From a virus (lineage: Duplodnaviria; Caudoviricetes): a stretch of 34,293 nt of DNA. The notes below the pieces were generated by a model. The model did not search any database. It worked only from the letters and a program-made list of their open reading frames with translations, and had not been told where the DNA came from. This document shows positions 30,711 through 34,293 of this stretch, in pieces. Made by a program: the position numbers and the translations under genes. Location of the stretch: positions 1-34,293 of the IMG/VR virus record IMGVR_UViG_3300032261_000043, one strand, 5' to 3'. Every line of letters begins with the position of its first letter. The first letter of the stretch is position 1.

Positions 30711-32584
30711 CAGGCCATGATCTCCTCAAGGATATTCGACCATATTGAATATTGCACGAGGCCGCTGCCAGTGTTGAAATTCGTCGCCAGCGGTTGATAC
30801 GTGTTTGATGTCATGTTGCCGGGTTTGTCATAGACTTCCGCGGCAAACGAACTAATCGCATCTGTGGTGGCGGCCTGATAGAGATTCGGCCCGCTGCTAT
30901 TGATGATGCCGGCAGCGCCGTTGCGCGTCAGTTTCACCGTACCCTGTTCATTGGCGACTGCCGCACGCAGGTAGATGTAACCCTCCACCCTGTACTTGAT
31001 GAGATTGGCACCGGATGCCATCGTCCAAGCGAGAGCCGTACCAATCAAAGTCGCTGTTGTCGTGCTGACGCTGCTCGTCACTTGAGTAGAATTGTAATAA
31101 TGATTTAGCCGAGCTCCGGGCAACGGTGTGCCGCGCTGTCGCACCTCGATCTTGTCGGGAGAAACGGCCCAATTGCCAACGGCGGCCAAGCCGCTTTCGT
31201 AATTGAAGTAGCCAGCCCATTTGAAGTTTCTATTTGTCGTCACCGCAACTGCCGTGTACATCGTGTAAGCGGCAGTTGCAGAAGAAGATATTGCCGTGCC
31301 CGTGTAAAAATTATCTTCCGTGTGCGACAACGTCGCGTAAGTGCCACCGCTGACAAGAGAAGAAGTATAGACACCTAGACGAACTGTGCCGGCATCATCG
31401 ATGAATGCAAGCCAAATGCGGAAAGCGTAGTTGTTAGAAACCTGTCCTAGCGTCGCTCCGGCTGGCACCGTGATCGATAGCGGACCGGTGATCGCTCTTG
31501 TGACAAAACCATTATTGCCATTGCGGAATTGAATATTGATCGGCGTTGTCGAAGATGGATCAGCGCCTGCCAAGGTCTTGATTGCGTATGTCACGGCATT
31601 CGCTGCATGACTTTCCACAATCATATAATCAGTGTTTGCTTTCGTATCGACGTATTGCTTCGTTGCCGCTTGCAAAGCCGAAGTCGGATCGGCCGGCAAC
31701 ACCAGCGGACCGGTCATCGTGTCGCCGGCCTTCTGCACCAACGCTGTTGTATCGATCAGCGGAGTTGCAGCAACCCACTGCGTTGATGTGCCATCATTAT
31801 AGCGGACATAGAATTGACCGTTGGTGCTGTTCCACCAGATTTGATTGTCAACCGGCGAGGCCGGCGCAGTTGAACTGATGGTGACCGTTGTTGAACCTGC
31901 TGGGCCGGTCAAACCGATTGGGCCGCGGATGTTGCCAACAGGCGAGCCCCATGAAGAGCCGGAGTAATTGTAAACGTCTCCGTTCGTGGTGTTCAAATAG
32001 TTGTCGTTTGCCAGCACACCGGAGATGGTGCCCGGAGCGCCGGCGCCTTCATACCACAGCGAGCCGCGTTGACCGTTGGCGCCCGGTGTGCCGGGAATGC
32101 CTTGCGGTCCCTGCGGACCAATCAGCGAAGTGCCGGCCGGCCAAACGCCTCCGGCCTTCGGGCCGTACAGCATGTGCGCGGAAGTGTCGATATAGAAATT
32201 GCCGTCAACACCAAGCGTATTCGCCGGAGCTCCGGAGCCGTAAAGGATCGTATTGCCATTCACACCGGCCGGTCCCTGCGGACCAATCAACGATGTATAA
32301 GTGACCGGCCATGCGCCCGACGATTTCGGGCCGTACATGTTGTGCGTATTCGTATCGATGTACCAATCACCGTCGCGGCCCATTGCCGAGTTGGGCGGAC
32401 CGGCTCCATACATCACGGTATTGCCGGGAGTGCCCGGAGCACCGGGAGTGCCGGCCGGTCCCGGCGGTCCCTGCTCTGGCACTCCGACAATCGTAACAAG
32501 ATCATCTTCGATAACCATCACGTCAGGCTCGTCCTGCGTGATGGTTATGTCAAAGTCTTGCTCGACAAGTACGCTATCAGTCAT
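30710..32584 (-). CDS. Collagen-like tail fibre / receptor-binding protein
   Basis: Gly-X-Y runs, repeated G.DG..YIDT...YGPK modules, KAGDTMTGPL.LPADPT.ALQAATKQYVD; ATGA coupling at 32581-32584. Confidence 0.85.
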   Translation of the reverse strand: MTDSVLVEQDFDITITQDEPDVMVIEDDLVTIVGVPEQGPPGPAGTPGAPGTPGNTVMYGAGPPNSAMGRDGDWYIDTNTHNMYGPKSSGAWPVTYTSLIGPQGPAGVNGNTILYGSGAPANTLGVDGNFYIDTSAHMLYGPKAGGVWPAGTSLIGPQGPQGIPGTPGANGQRGSLWYEGAGAPGTISGVLANDNYLNTTNGDVYNYSGSSWGSPVGNIRGPIGLTGPAGSTTVTISSTAPASPVDNQIWWNSTNGQFYVRYNDGTSTQWVAATPLIDTTALVQKAGDTMTGPLVLPADPTSALQAATKQYVDTKANTDYMIVESHAANAVTYAIKTLAGADPSSTTPINIQFRNGNNGFVTRAITGPLSITVPAGATLGQVSNNYAFRIWLAFIDDAGTVRLGVYTSSLVSGGTYATLSHTEDNFYTGTAISSSATAAYTMYTAVAVTTNRNFKWAGYFNYESGLAAVGNWAVSPDKIEVRQRGTPLPGARLNHYYNSTQVTSSVSTTTATLIGTALAWTMASGANLIKYRVEGYIYLRAAVANEQGTVKLTRNGAAGIINSSGPNLYQAATTDAISSFAAEVYDKPGNMTSNTYQPLATNFNTGSGLVQYSIWSNILEEIMA

Positions 32585-32946
32585 CTGCTCGGCCCTGCTG
32601 TCACCGTCAAAGTGCCGGACCAAATTCGCAACTGCAAGCCGCTTGGCGTGATGCGGATCAACGAATGATCATAAGTCACGAGCTGCAAATTTTCCAATAT
32701 CTGCTCGTTCGTGATCCACAATGTAAACTTGCCATTCGGCGCATCAGTAATCGTAAATGCGCCGTTCTCTGTTGTGAGCAGCAAATCTTCCTCGACATCT
32801 TCGGCATGATGCCGAAGACCCATCCGCAACATATTGCCGGTCAAGTCGATTGGCGCCCCTGTCGTACCATCAGGGTTTTGCGTCAGATATTGAAAGCCGC
32901 GGATAAAGTCCGCGTCGTTCTCAACCGTGATCGTACAAATAGCCAT
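32581..32946 (-). CDS. Tail/baseplate adaptor-like protein
   Basis: ADF...F......PIDLTG...M.LR...LTTENG...I.D..NG.F.L...YD...SG.L.V. Confidence 0.7.
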   Translation of the reverse strand: MAICTITVENDADFIRGFQYLTQNPDGTTGAPIDLTGNMLRMGLRHHAEDVEEDLLLTTENGAFTITDAPNGKFTLWITNEQILENLQLVTYDHSLIRITPSGLQLRIWSGTLTVTAGPSR

Positions 32947-32949
32947 GGC

Positions 32950-33276
32950 TTATTTCTTCGTCTTCTTTTCGCTGCTGACTTTGATGTTTAGCGGCGGTTG
33001 AAAATTTGCCATGTCGAACACTTGCTGCAACGCGGCATCAGTCTGATTACCGGCATCGTCGCGAGGCCATGGAGTTGCCATCGCGCCGCCAATAAACGCT
33101 TGATAGCTGGCATCGCTTTCGTCAACCGTAAGACGCCGCGCGCTGGTGAACACGCGACCATCATCAGCGAGCCAATACCAATCATGGATATTATAACGTC
33201 GCCTGTACTTGATCTTTTGCGTGGCATCCAATGCGTCAAGGATTTCCTGCGGGATAGGTGCATCTGCATCAGGCAT
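32950..33276 (-). CDS. Tail-fibre-associated protein
   Basis: GGAGGA RBS before ATG 33276; YN..DWYW..DDGRVF.S. Confidence 0.7.
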   Translation of the reverse strand: MPDADAPIPQEILDALDATQKIKYRRRYNIHDWYWLADDGRVFTSARRLTVDESDASYQAFIGGAMATPWPRDDAGNQTDAALQQVFDMANFQPPLNIKVSSEKKTKK

Positions 33277-34291
33277 ACTGTCCTCCGTTCGAAATTGATC
33301 CGGCAATCGTGCCCGGATAATAGTTGACGCCGCCACCTCCGGTATTGATAACACCGTTCAACGTAGCGGAATAGCGAACGCCGGAAACGTTGCCGAAACC
33401 GCTATAGCTCGTCCAAGTATAGTCGATCACACCCAGTTGGGTTGACCAAATGTAAGTACCAACGTTGATCGCTGCCGTCGCACTGAGATAAAGTGCGGAA
33501 ATCGCCGGCGCTGTTTCGATGGTCGCCGAGAAAAAGCAATTGATGTGTCCGGAAGTCGCGTAGGCATTTCCGGATGAGCTACCGGAAAGCGTGAGATTGC
33601 CGCTCATCGTCATCGAGCTAGAACGGCTGACATCCATATGCGGACCGGAGCAGGCCCCGAACTCAATGTTCTGCATTCCGCAGTAGCCGTAAGCCGTGAA
33701 AATTCCGCAACATGGATCGGCGACATTGGCCCCGCTGCTAGTGAACTTGAAATTAGAGACGTTGAATGAACCGGGGCCTTCGACTTGAATAGCCGAACAA
33801 CTGCTGCCATTGACAACCGGACTGCCACCCGAGCCGCTCAAGATAAGTGTGCCAGCGCCGCCGGGCACCCTAAACAACGGGCTCACCGTATTCGAATATC
33901 CAGATGCCACCGCCACGCTTATCGATAGATTAAAGCCGTTCATATTGTATCTGATGACTTCGTTCGCCGCTCGCTGCAACGTTTTGAACGGGCCGTGATT
34001 GGGAGATGAAAACGTTGCCGCGCTTCCATCGTAATTCGTATCATCTCCTGTGCTGCCGTTGACATAAAAAGTGCGATTGGCAATGAGATAGATCGGACCG
34101 CCGGCTTGCACTTGACCCGACGAAGACCAAACAAGATGGAAATACGATCCATCATAAACGAAACAGGCAATGGCATTCACCCTCAACTCACCAGCCGACA
34201 ACTCGCTGTTGTCGGCAGGATGCCGAATAGGCTTCGCTCCAAGAGCGTTGACGTTGAGAGTTGATGCGCCTGTGTTTGTGTTGCCAATCTT
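33269..34291 (-). CDS. Tail fibre/spike protein (beta-helix-like), 5' end outside the window
   Basis: Frame open to the right edge (KIGNTNTGASTLNVNALGAKPI); FYVNGSTGDD...PFKTLQRA; C-terminal PGTIAG...GGQY. Confidence 0.85.
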   Translation of the reverse strand, partial: KIGNTNTGASTLNVNALGAKPIRHPADNSELSAGELRVNAIACFVYDGSYFHLVWSSSGQVQAGGPIYLIANRTFYVNGSTGDDTNYDGSAATFSSPNHGPFKTLQRAANEVIRYNMNGFNLSISVAVASGYSNTVSPLFRVPGGAGTLILSGSGGSPVVNGSSCSAIQVEGPGSFNVSNFKFTSSGANVADPCCGIFTAYGYCGMQNIEFGACSGPHMDVSRSSSMTMSGNLTLSGSSSGNAYATSGHINCFFSATIETAPAISALYLSATAAINVGTYIWSTQLGVIDYTWTSYSGFGNVSGVRYSATLNGVINTGGGGVNYYPGTIAGSISNGGQYA

Positions 34292-34293
34292 CG

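Overview
Segment of a tailed dsDNA phage genome. No integrase, tRNA or CRISPR array was seen. The host is probably an alphaproteobacterium (Rhizobiales-like), inferred from CTTGAN-N17 promoters, an FtsZ-tail-like peptide ending RRQ and the protein families present. Layout: (i) 1-3936, a leftward recombination/nucleotide module (SSB-like protein, Cas4-like Fe-S nuclease, MazG-like pyrophosphatase, VRR-NUC); (ii) about 3940-5000, a non-coding divergent promoter zone with heavily structured leaders on both sides; (iii) 5014-14619, a rightward accessory region (DUF6011, DUF6884, histone H1-like, DUF932, ParB-like, a protein with an N-terminal FtsZ-tail mimic, several HTH proteins); (iv) 15130-24183, a 7-deazaguanine DNA-modification and replication cluster (queC, queD, nucleoside-deoxyribosyltransferase-family gene, folE, dpdA-like transglycosylase, beta-clamp-like gene, queE, family A DNA polymerase); (v) 24180-26631, small genes including a HicA-like and an RHH protein; (vi) 26810-34293, leftward late genes (tail fibres and accessories) with an opposite-strand promoter-RNA-terminator unit at about 28230-28380. 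Top leads: DpdA ends in a clamp-binding-type motif (QETLF) two genes from a phage clamp; an NDT/N-glycosidase gene sits inside the preQ0 pathway; QueC lacks all four zinc cysteines; the FtsZ C-terminal peptide mimic; and several candidate structured RNAs. All product calls come from motif recognition by eye, not database searches.
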